Shown here piece by piece: positions 1 through 9,544 of a stretch of DNA of 64,000 bases (position 1 is the first letter of the stretch; the number at the start of each line of letters is the position of its first letter). Under the pieces are notes generated by a model, which saw only the letters and a program-made list of their open reading frames with translations, did not search any database and was not told the DNA's origin. Location of the stretch: the NCBI RefSeq assembly GCF_048593235.1, contig NC_133618.1, forward strand, positions 450,658,947 through 450,722,946. The letters are read 5' to 3'. Position numbers and translations under genes: made by a program. This DNA comes from Sminthopsis crassicaudata. Taxonomy: Eukaryota.

Positions 1-84
1 CCTGGCCACAGTGTGTGGTGAGAAGCCTTCGCAGAATGGGACCAACATCCCAAGGAGGAATCCCAAGGTACAGACCAGAAACAT
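1..84 (-). CDS. BPIFB2: BPI fold-containing family B member 2, first coding exon (runs off the window start)
   Basis: The minus strand from ATG at 84 (context tcagccATG) reads MFLVCTLGFLLGMLVPFCEGFSPHTVAR. This is a signal peptide aligning with human BPIFB2 MAWASRLGLLLALLLPVVGASTPGTVVR. An acceptor (ttttcacaag|g) opens the exon at 118. The head-to-head position with SUN5 matches human 20q11 synteny. Confidence 0.75.
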   Translation of the reverse strand, partial: MFLVCTLGFLLGMLVPFCEGFSPHTVAR

Positions 85-1009
85 GGCTGATCCTGATAAT
101 GAGTTGTTGATCATGGACCTTGTGAAAACAGGATAGCTGATACCTCATCAAAAGAATTTGGGGATTAAAAGGGAACTAGTTCTATCAAAACTGATCCACA
201 CAACAAGCTACACAATCTTTTCTAAATGAAAAGTTAACTGGTTAAATACCAGTTCCCCCTTCTCCTTTCAGGAAATATGATAAAAGGGAAAAAATAATCA
301 AATCGAAAGCTGGGAACCTGGGTTCTAATTATATATCTACCCCTGATATCAATTATGACTTTGGATATTTCTCTTCCCAAGCCTCCATTTTACAATCTAT
401 TAAACAGATGTGATTACTGCTACTTCACCCACTTTAAAGTATGGTTACAAGGAGCCAATGAATGGAAAAGTGGGAAAATGCTTATTATTCAAGACCCTGT
501 TAGAGCCACTCCATTTTGTGTGGAGATTTTACCTGTATTTTCATAATTAAGAGAATTATAGAAGAAAAGAGAAGAAATGGTTTGGGGATGCTCCCAAAGA
601 AACACACACTATCCTAGTTTGGTCCCCATCCTGGATCCAACCTGTTCTAGTAGAAAAGCTTGGGAGCTGGGAAACCTGGTCTTATGCCCATATCTTAGAC
701 CTATTAGTGCTCAGGGATCATGCAGAGACCTCAGGGATTTTGGAGAATGTAATTAATGTCACACAAAGACTAGTTTTATCAGATGGGTATTTCCCAGACT
801 CAATTCCAGCTCCAGATTTCCTATATCAGAACTTAAATCCAACAAAAGACTTGCTGAAGGTCTCTTTAATCCTCTACACACAAGAATTAGTTGAAAGAAC
901 TGAGGATATTTTGTCTGGAGTAGAAAAGACTTCCATGAAGGGTTGTGGTATAGACAAAAGGTTAAAAATTCAAAATTTAGAGAGATAGATGTTTCTGCTC
1001 ACTCATGAC

Positions 1010-1330
1010 TCACCTCATTTTTCCAGACTGTTTACATCATTAGGCACCTTTTCACCATTGGTCCACTTTCCTGATTAGTGATCCCTGGTGCTGACCACCA
1101 TTTCTTAATGGATTTGAGTGATATTTCACTCCTAATTCAACTCACTTTCCTGAATTTTCCATTTCCCTAGCAGCTGCCTTGTTCTACTTAGATAAGCTTC
1201 TCACTCTTCTACTTTCTAATTCTCCTTTACCTAATATCTTCCTCCACTGGGCAAAAAATTATTTTATTAGATTGTATTTATATCACTGGAGTTATGCCTG
1301 ACATAGCAAGTGCTTAATAAATGCTTTATG
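1010..1330. mobile_element. L2 LINE 3' fragment (old)
   Basis: Pyrimidine-rich L2-like sequence ending in the typical tail atgcctgacatagcaagtgcttaataaatgct. Confidence 0.5.
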
Positions 1331-1354
1331 TCTAACCACCTCTAAATGTTGACA

Positions 1355-1610
1355 GCTAGGTGGCACAGTGGATAGTGCACTGGGCATAGAATTAATCAGG
1401 AATCAGGAAGACTCAGTTTCATGAATTCAAATCTAGGTTTAGACACTTGTTAGCTGTGTGATTTGGGGCAAGTCACTTAGCCCTGTTTGCCTCAGTTTCT
1501 AATCTGAAAAATGAGCTGGAGAAGAAAATGGCAAACTACTCTAGAGATCTTTACCAAGAAAACTCCTATGGTATCATCAAGAATCAGACAAGACTGAAAT
1601 GACTGAACAA
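1355..1610 (+). mobile_element. MAR1/MIR-type CORE-SINE
   Basis: tRNA-derived head gacagctaggtggcacagtggatag, core caagtcacttagccctgtttgcctcagtttc, and tail gaaatgactgaacaac. Confidence 0.75.
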
Positions 1611-2818
1611 CCCTTAATATAAGGAAAAGTTTTCTAATACTTGCTTGTCCCAAAATGGAACAGACTGCCCCAGTGTTAGAAGGTTCCCTGGAGTTCTTCA
1701 GTCAAAAGTTGGTTGACCACTTGTCAATGATTTTGCATAGGAGATTCTTATACAGGACTGATTTGCACTAGAGATATCTTACAACTCAAAAAGTCTGTAG
1801 AGTCATTACTTCCAGATTTTTCTAGGTTCTTTCCTTTCCCCAGGTTTATTATCTCATCAGTTTTTCAGAAAACAGCCCCTTAGTTGGAGTAGGGCAAGGA
1901 TTATCAGTCTTCTTGGTAAAGAAAGAAACTGAAGCCCAGAAAACCTAAGGTCACCTAGAGAATTAGTGAAACGACCAGCATTTACATCTCATAACCATTA
2001 AGCTGGTATTACTTTCCACTATACTAAGGTTCAAATCACCAGGGTACTTGGACAAATTTAAGTACTTGCTAAGAGTTAGAATCCTATAGGGCTCTTTAAG
2101 AATAATGCTCCAAGATCATCACTAATCCTATGAACAAAAATTCAATGTCAAAACCATTAAATATTAAAATTTAATATTTAGAGTGTTAAAGATGAAAAAG
2201 CATGAAAATGTAGAACACAAAACAGCAGAGCTGGAAGGGACTTTCCAAAACAGGAGCTTAGAACATAGAACATCAGAATATTGGATATAGAATGTGAGAA
2301 CTCAAAAAGACCATAGAAAATCAAATATAAGTGTTGGAATGGACTCTCAGAAGCTAGAACAAGGAATGGCAGACCTGCGATAAATCTTAGGACTTAGAGG
2401 GGAAGAGCTGAAGAGAGATGATTTAGTCCTGATGTTCTTAACATATTTGTACCACTGACTCACCCCCAAATCTGACAGTCTGGGGAATTCAGTATACCTT
2501 CTTCTCAAAGTAATGGGTTTTCTTTTAATAAGATACATCAGAATGCAAAGAAAATCAATTATCCTGAAATACTGTTATCCAAAAAAAACATTTTTAATCA
2601 GTTCACAGATTCCCTTTATAAAGTCTAATACCCTTGTTTTATAGTTGAAGGGAACAGATCCAATTGAATATGGGAAATGATTTGTCCACTGTCACATAGC
2701 TAGTAAATGGTTGATTCAAAAACTCAGGTTCCTGATGAGATTTTTGCATTGAACTCCATTGCTTTATGATCGCTTCATTCCCCTCCCCCCCAAAAGATCC
2801 CAACTTTCCCATTCATAC

Positions 2819-2872
2819 CTTAATCTGTTCCTTGTAAAAGATGGATCAACAGTGGTTAAGCCTTGGGTCCTC
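2819..2872 (-). other. BPIFB2: Candidate non-coding first exon of BPIFB2
   Basis: A minus-strand donor taag|GTATGA lies at 2819/2818, about 75 nt downstream of a minus-strand TATAAA. The TSS is estimated from TATA spacing only. Confidence 0.45.
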
Positions 2873-2894
2873 CTTCTTTTGGGTCAGGGAATGC

Positions 2895-3000
2895 TTTATA
2901 AACCGCCCAAGAAGGATGAGGGAACAGCACTTTGTGCACAGGGAGGGGCCTATTTACTTTTGATAGACTGTTTTCTCTGCAAATAAAGCTTTTTGCCAAT
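2895..3000 (-). promoter_or_regulatory. Candidate BPIFB2 core promoter with TATA box and forkhead-like motifs
   Basis: Minus-strand TATAAA at 2895-2900. Forkhead-type motifs TATTTAC (2941-2947) and GCAAATA (about 2979-2985), and an NFI-like TTGCCAA near 2994-3000. Confidence 0.45.
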
Positions 3001-3984
3001 TGTATTCATCCCTAACAAAGTGATGGGAATGCCACGTTGCTGGGCATAGCTGCCAAAGGACCCATCAATGGGTTGACATCTTCATCTTTTACCAATGGTA
3101 ACCAGAGGATTCCCAGAAATAGGAGATGCTTCAAAGTCACAATAATCAAGGACAAAGAAAAGGTGGGACAAAAATTGCTAGGAAAGAGGAGGGACTAAAT
3201 CATCCTCATATACAAATCAGAAACTTCTAGAAGCTGGGGTATCAATGAGATAATCTTCATCCCAGGACTGTTGTAAAGAAAGCAATTTGTAATCTTTGAA
3301 GAGGTTAAGCTAGATCTATAATTAATATGAGTTCTCAAGGCTATACAACAGCATTCAGAAAGGCACCATCTACTGAAAGCAAAAATCAAGAATGGTGTAA
3401 TGGAAATCAATTAACAAGCATTTATTAGTACTTATTATATATCAGAAAAAGAGAACTGGATTTTGAGTCAATTCACAATTTTGGCTCTGCTACTAATTAT
3501 TTAGGTGATCTTGGATAAATGACTTCCCTTTCCTAGTCTTCAGCTTTGCTCAGTACAAAAATAGGTAAGTTGGAATAGATTTTTCCCTAAATGCCCATAG
3601 CTTGAAATGCTATGATCCCATGGTCAACATTCAGCAAAACATAAATGGTAGTTTGAGACTAATTTATCTCATCCTAAAAATGGTTCTACAGCAATGGACT
3701 GAGCTGAGTTTCTTTAACCTGAAACTTGATGCCAGGCCTAGGCTGAACCTAATGGTGGTCCAAGATTGAACCCTTCTTTGGACCCCATGCAGAAGTCTAA
3801 CCTCAGCCTTACACTAAGCTCTAACTCTAGCTAATTGGATCTCTTTGGAAGAATTCTCTGGCTACAACTTGCAGAAGATGAATATGTCAATTCTCAATGG
3901 CTGACACATGCACTATAGCTCCTGAAGGGTCCAAAGAAAAGTGGGGTTGGGTAGGTACAAAATATCCCCAACAAAAATTAAATC

Positions 3985-4364
3985 ACTAATGCACTCTTAG
4001 TGAAGTGCTATACTGATTTAACCACTCTGTAGAACAATTTGGAACTATGCCCAAAGGGATACAAAACCATGCATATCCTTTGACCAAACAATATTACTAT
4101 TAGGTCTATATCCCAAAAAGATAGATGAAAAACAAAGGAAAAGAACCTATATATATGAAAATATTTATAGCAGCTATTTTAGTAGCTATTTTATCAAAAA
4201 ATTGGAAATTAATTTGACATCTATTGATTGTAATGGAATACCATTGTGTTTTAAGAAATGATGATCACTGTGCTCTTAGAAAAACCTGGAAAGACTTGCA
4301 TGAACTGATGCAAAGTGAAATGAGTAAGACCAAGACACATTGTATATAGTTATAGCAATAGTAT
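3985..4364 (+). mobile_element. Old L1 fragment (ORF2 end), left flank of the ERV
   Basis: L1 ORF2 C-terminal motifs (ggaactatgcccaaagg, taggtctatatcccaaa, aaaacctggaaagacttgcatgaactgatgcaaagtgaa). Confidence 0.8.
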
Positions 4365-4680
4365 CCTTAGCCAGATGTCTGGTCATTATTCCTATAGCTG
4401 CATTTTCTCCAATAGTTCTTTTGACAGCAGTTTGCAAACGTCCCACAAAAATCTGCAAAAGGTTCATTGGGACCTTGCTCTATTTTAGTGAAAGCCTCTC
4501 CATGATCTTTCTGTCCAGGGAGGACACCCCAAGCTTTTATTGCACCCTTAGCAATTTGCTCATACACTATCATGGGATAATTAATCTGTTCTGAATTCTC
4601 TCCATATTGACCTTCACCATCTAAGTGCTCAAAAGTGAATTTTGTGTTAACTCCTATTTCCAAATTCCATCTGACTTGGC
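4365..4680 (-). mobile_element. gag: Inverted ERV gag capsid fragment
   Basis: The minus strand reads ...FTFEHLDGEGQYGENSEQINYP...AIKAWGVLPG...FTKIEQGPNEPFADF(fs)VGRLQTAVKRTIGENAAIGIMTRHLAK, which includes the retroviral major homology region. Confidence 0.92.
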
Positions 4681-5086
4681 TAAGGAAAATGCCAATGAGA
4701 TTTGCAAAAGAATTATATGGGGATTAGACAAAGATGCTCCTTTAGAGGAGATCATAAGACGCTGTGCTACAGTGGGAACAAATGCTTTTTACACCCGGAC
4801 AATGATGAACGTGGAAAGACAGGGTGCCTCCTGGCAAGGGACTTCTAGACAAACTCAGCGATGTTTTCAATTGGAAAAATTGGACATCTAAGAGCTCAGT
4901 GTAGATATAGAGATAGAGTGAGAAGACAGGGTGAGAGAAGACCTAAAACTTCATGTCCAAAATGTCACAAGGGTCTCCACTGGGCCTCCAAATGTAGATT
5001 GACCCAGGAAAATGAGAGGTGGGGCCCAGCTTCAGCCCCCCAAGTGGGGCATGATGGCAGCCAAGGTTACATCCAGAGAATTTTAA
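4677..5086 (+). pseudogene. gag: ERV gag C-terminal part (CA C-terminal domain plus NC zinc knuckles), frameshifted
   Basis: LAKENANEICKRIIWGLDKDAPLEEIIRRC. The first CCHC knuckle is broken by a 1-nt deletion near 4870. The second knuckle, CPKCHKGLHWASKC, is intact. Confidence 0.9.
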
Positions 5087-5806
5087 GACATGATCAATCA
5101 GCCAAAAGGCAATCAGATGGAAGAAAGGGATTGAAATTAGGAAAAATAGAGTTGTGTGCAGTAGAGACTACTGAGATTCTCCCTGGAGAAGTGAAATCTG
5201 TTCCTTTTGAGCCTATGGATCCTTTGCTTCCAGGCACAGTAGGCTTGACCATTTCACCTTCTGAGAGTGCCTACAAAACAGTGTCCATCCATACACTGAC
5301 GTGGGAAACTGGAGAATGTGTAGCTAATATCCCAGTCACTAACACAGGCAGACAACGTGTGATTTATCAACCAAGAGAAGTAGTAGCATCAGGCTTATTG
5401 TTACGTACCCCTAATAAGCAACCTGGTGATAGTCGCCTAGATTCTAGCTCCAGTGAACAAAATCCAGGAATATATTGGACAGCAGCTGTGACAGCTGACC
5501 GACCTATGCTTACTATTTATATAAATGGAATACCATTTGAAGGATTGGTAGACACGGGTGCAGATTGTACAGTTATTAGAGGTGCCAATTGGCCCAGTCA
5601 CTTGCCAAAGATTAAGGCAGACACCTACATGTTTGGGGTAGGAGGATCAATAGCAGCAGAAGTTAGTGCTAGGCCTTTGAGATGGATATTTGAAGGTGAA
5701 ACAGGAGTTTTTTACTCCTTTTGTGGTTGAAAAAATCCCCATCAATCTGTGGGGAAGAGACATTTTACAGCAGATAGGATTACAAATAAGCACTTCGGCT
5801 TTTTAG
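5000..5806 (+). pseudogene. pro: ERV pro: degenerate dUTPase-like domain plus aspartic protease
   Basis: Protease active site LVDTGAD (DTG at 5551-5559). A +1 frameshift in the T run near 5710 is followed by ...INLWGRDILQQIGLQISTSAF* (TAG 5804-5806). No G-patch is seen. Confidence 0.9.
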
Positions 5807-8199
5807 GTAGGACTGCTGTTGAAGGCCTACCTGCACTTTCACCAGTTCCTATTCAGTGGAAGACTGATTCACCAGTGTGGGTAGAACAGTGGCCCTTAAG
5901 AAGTGATAGAATTCAGGCCTTATTAGACATATTGAACGAACAACTTGACCAAGGACACTTGCGGCTTTCTCTAAATCCTTGGAATTCCCCAGTATTTGTG
6001 GTGAAAAAGAAATTTGGGAAATGGAGGATATTAACTGATCTAAGAAGAGTAAATGAACAGATGGAAACTATGGGAACTCTTCAGCCTGGACTTCCACCTC
6101 CTACTCAGTTGCCAAGAGAATGGCCTCTATGGGTTATAGACATTAAGGATTGTTTCTATTCTATCCCTCTAAATAAGGAGGATATGAAAAGATTTGCTTT
6201 TTCAGTGCCTAGTGTTAATTTGGCTGAGCCTTATAAAAGATATGAATGGACAGTTTTGCCACAGGGAATGAAAAACAGCCCTACTATGTGCCAAATGTAT
6301 GTTGCTGCTGCTCTTGCTCCAATAAGAAAAGCATTTCCAAAAGTAATATTGTTACATTATATGGATGATATTTTGGGATGTGCACCTGAGGAACAAATGT
6401 TAGAAGCATGTCTACAAAAGACCATGGAAACACTAAAGTACTACAAATTGCATATAGCTACAGAAAAAATTCAAAGACATGCTCCTTTTCAATATTTAGG
6501 ATATGAAGTATATCCTAAGACACTCACAGTACAAAAGCTTTCTTTAAGAACAGAGAAGTTGAACACCTTAAATGATTTCCAAAAATTAATAGGAGATATC
6601 CAATGGATGCATCCATTGGTAGGCTTAACTACCAATCAACTGCAACCTCTATATGACATTTTAAGGGGAGACAGTGCTTTAAATTCACCATGCCAGCTTA
6701 CAAAAGAAGCACAAGAGGCTTTGAGAGAAGTTGAACTGGCTTTATCCAATGTGGTTGAAAGAGTCACTCAAAAACTCTTGGAAATATCAGTTTTTGCTAC
6801 AAAAGAGGCACCCACAGCAGTCCTTCATCAAGGACACAGTGTGATTGAGTGGGTGAACCTCCCAGCACAACCAGAACAAAGCCTTACTCCTTACCCAGTG
6901 CTTGTGGCTAGGATTTTATTAAAGGCTATTAAGAGAGTAACACAATTATCTGGAATAAGTCCTGAAAAAATATACACATTCTATACTAACGCACAAATTA
7001 ATGTATGCTGTGAGACCATCCCAGAATGGCAAATTTTATTGGCCACCGCTCCAAATTTTGCACATGGATCTCCATTAAAGATTACCCGGCTACTACATAA
7101 TTGGCGATGGATTTTTGAAGAAAAGGTTTCTAAGGTTCTTCTTAAAGGACCAACAATCTTTACAGATGCCTCCAAAAAAAATATTTGTGCTGTATACTCT
7201 CTGGATTTAACCATAAAGAGAGTAGTCAGGACTCCTTTTCAGTCCACTCAACAGAATGAATTATTTGCTATCATGCTAGCTTTTACTTATTACCCAGAAG
7301 ATGTAAATATAATTACTGATTCAGCCTATTCAGTAGGTGTAGTACAAAGAATTGCCACAACCCGAACAAAATTTGCAGCCTCTAATATTTATCAGCTCTT
7401 TAAGGAACTTCAAGAGCAAGTGAGAAAACATCCAGGCAAGATTTATATCTTGCATGTCCACTCACATAGTGGACTTCCAGGTCCTATTTTTGATGGAAAT
7501 TCAAAGGCAGATAGCCTTCTAACCATGTTAGCCAGTAGTCCTTTATTTCAGGAAGCACAAGAATCTCATTCTAAATATCATCAGGCTGCTAGAGCTTTAC
7601 TTTTACAATTTGGAATCACAAGAGAGGAAGCGAGGAGCATAGTAAAAAGCTGTACAGCTTGTCTTCCTTTCCACGCTCCTACACTCCCTCCAGAGAAGAA
7701 TCCTCGTGGTTTGAGACCCAATGAAATCTGGCAAATGGATATGACCCATTATAAATCTTTTGGTCATCTGTCTTTCATCCACGTGGTAGTAGATACCTTT
7801 TCAGGATTCACTTTTGCAGTGCCAACAGCAAAAGAGACAGCCAGAGTGATCACTAAATTCCTTATCCAAGCATTTGCAATTATGGGTGTGCCACAAGAAA
7901 TAAAAACAGATAATGTACCTGCATATAGTTCTAAACATTTTGCGCACTTCTGTGGGCAGTATAAGATATTACACATTACAGGAATACTTTTTAATCCGCA
8001 AGGTCAGGCAATAGTAGAGAGAAGAAACAGAGACCTTAAGACATTCCTCCAAAAACAAAAGAAAGGGGGAGCCACAGGTAGCCCTAGGGTACTTCTAAAT
8101 TTAGTTCTCTATACCATTAATTTTCTAATTTTTGACAAAGATGCACTGGCTCCAGCAGACAGGTTTTATAACCCACCAGAAGGGCAGTGTCCAGTGTGA
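5800..8199 (+). CDS. pol: ERV pol (RT, RNase H, integrase), uninterrupted ORF, class II betaretrovirus-like
   Basis: RT motifs DIKDCFYSIPL, LPQGMKNSP and YMDD. RNase H motifs TDAS, ELFAI, TDSAY and HVHSH. Integrase HHCC, WQMD, TDN and ERRN. It overlaps pro in the -1 frame at GCTTTTTAG. Confidence 0.95.
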   Translation, partial: FLGRTAVEGLPALSPVPIQWKTDSPVWVEQWPLRSDRIQALLDILNEQLDQGHLRLSLNPWNSPVFVVKKKFGKWRILTDLRRVNEQMETMGTLQPGLPPPTQLPREWPLWVIDIKDCFYSIPLNKEDMKRFAFSVPSVNLAEPYKRYEWTVLPQGMKNSPTMCQMYVAAALAPIRKAFPKVILLHYMDDILGCAPEEQMLEACLQKTMETLKYYKLHIATEKIQRHAPFQYLGYEVYPKTLTVQKLSLRTEKLNTLNDFQKLIGDIQWMHPLVGLTTNQLQPLYDILRGDSALNSPCQLTKEAQEALREVELALSNVVERVTQKLLEISVFATKEAPTAVLHQGHSVIEWVNLPAQPEQSLTPYPVLVARILLKAIKRVTQLSGISPEKIYTFYTNAQINVCCETIPEWQILLATAPNFAHGSPLKITRLLHNWRWIFEEKVSKVLLKGPTIFTDASKKNICAVYSLDLTIKRVVRTPFQSTQQNELFAIMLAFTYYPEDVNIITDSAYSVGVVQRIATTRTKFAASNIYQLFKELQEQVRKHPGKIYILHVHSHSGLPGPIFDGNSKADSLLTMLASSPLFQEAQESHSKYHQAARALLLQFGITREEARSIVKSCTACLPFHAPTLPPEKNPRGLRPNEIWQMDMTHYKSFGHLSFIHVVVDTFSGFTFAVPTAKETARVITKFLIQAFAIMGVPQEIKTDNVPAYSSKHFAHFCGQYKILHITGILFNPQGQAIVERRNRDLKTFLQKQKKGGATGSPRVLLNLVLYTINFLIFDKDALAPADRFYNPPEGQCPV

Positions 8200-8502
8200 G
8201 CAGCTCCACGGTCCTTAGATAATCGCCAGGTGATGTGGAGAGACCCAGAAAGTGGTGAATGGAAGGGACCAGATAGGTTAACTGCCTGGGGGAGAGGGTT
8301 TGCTTGTATTTCTTCAGATGGAGAAGGAATCAGATGGGTGCCAACGAGTCGTATTCGCCTTGTCCATTGGAGAGAGACAGAAAAAGAGAAAGACCTCAAA
8401 ACAAAGGAGAAAATATAAGAAACATCTGACACTGAAAGAGCATGGCTAATAAGAAGACTGTTAAAGAACTTAAAAACCAGCAGGAATCATTGGATTTCCT
8501 AA
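8200..8502 (+). pseudogene. pol: Integrase C-terminal domain and tail, separated from pol by a nonsense codon
   Basis: Continues in the same frame after TGA 8197-8199: VMWRDPESGEWKGPDRLTAWGRGFACIS...WVP. Further in-frame stops at 8416-8418 and 8500-8502. Confidence 0.85.
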
Positions 8503-8700
8503 CACAAGATGAGATTAATGGACAATGGACTTATGGACATTTATAAATTCTCAATTTATGATTATTTGATCATGTTATTTGTTACATACTTCTAGCATGT
8601 ATTATGTTACTACGTTACTATGTTACTATGTGTTTATGTAATGCCTCCCATATTGATGGATTTATGTTTCAAGGTTATGACCACCCTATGTTCTAAATCA

Positions 8701-8716
8701 AAAGAAAGGGGGAGAT
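8701..8716 (+). other. Retroviral polypurine tract
   Basis: aaaagaaagggggaga immediately before the TG of the LTR. Confidence 0.9.
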
Positions 8717-9064
8717 GTTAGGTTCTTACTAAGTGCTAATGAGATAATGAGATATTAGGTTCTAAGTGCTAAGTCGGTACTTGACAATTCTCTAGTTCCA
8801 GCCTTTCCTGGGGAAGAGCTTGCATGCTTAGGAGGAGCAAGTTCATTGGTTGAAGTAATTCTTCCCAGAAGCCCTTGCATTATCCCACGCCCATTCTCTG
8901 GGAGGATAAAGAGGGCAGCTCTGGAGGAAAAAGGGAGTTGTTTCTGGACCAGACTTGAGGCTGCTCTCTACAGGAAGAAGAATCTGTCCAAGAGATTTGA
9001 GTTGACACAGCAGATCTCCTCCCAGAGAGCAATCGGCAGCTTCTGGAGACAACAGCGCATTACA
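8717..9064 (+). mobile_element. ERV 3' LTR, about 348 bp
   Basis: Starts TGTTAGG after the PPT and ends ...GCATTACA, where L1 sequence resumes. It has an internal repeat (taggttc...taagtgctaa, twice) and a TATA-like GATAAA near 8906. Confidence 0.85.
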
Positions 9065-9290
9065 TTGAAACACACTTTTTCTTTACTTTCTTTATTTGGG
9101 ATGTTTTCTTTTACATCATGACTAACACAGAAATGTGTTTTGCACAACTGCACATATACAACCTACATCAAATTGCTTGCCTTCTCAATGAAAGGAGGAA
9201 GGGAGAAAGGAAGGAAAAGAATTTAGAACTCAAAAAAAATTAGTTTAAAATTGTTTTTAATTATCAAAAAATTAAATAGTATGTTTTTAA
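9065..9290 (+). mobile_element. Old L1 3' UTR, right flank of the ERV
   Basis: gtgttttgcacaactgcacatatacaacctacatcaaattgcttgccttctc...gaatttagaactcaaaa followed by an A-rich tail. Confidence 0.75.
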
Positions 9291-9544
9291 AAGAAAAAAT
9301 CCCCACCACTGAAGAGAACTACAGAACTATACAAAATGCAAGTTGAATTGAGATTTAAAGCTTTGAAGTTTTGAAAGCTCTATCTTCCTGTATAAATTTT
9401 TTATTAATTGCTCTGAATCCAACTATCTCTTCCACAGGAAATGTACTTACAAGATGTACCACACACAATTTCTTCCTCCCTAAAATGAAAAGAATGCACT
9501 AAATGGTCACCAAGATCTTTTTCTGCTATTTTTTTTCATTAAAC

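Noticed and set aside
3700-3835. Degenerate hexamer-periodic, telomere-like tract (similar ones near 36280-36420 and 59720-59790)
   Set aside because: Too degenerate to call interstitial telomere sequence. Cryptic simple repeats of this kind are common.
4861-5730. 289-aa ORF apparently fusing NC directly to dUTPase-protease without a frameshift
   Set aside because: Best explained by copy-specific indels at the first zinc knuckle and near the gag-pro slippery region, rather than a novel gene organisation.
5749-5799. Predicted pol start MGKRHFTADR...
   Set aside because: An ORF-caller artefact. Pol is normally reached by a -1 frameshift near 5800.
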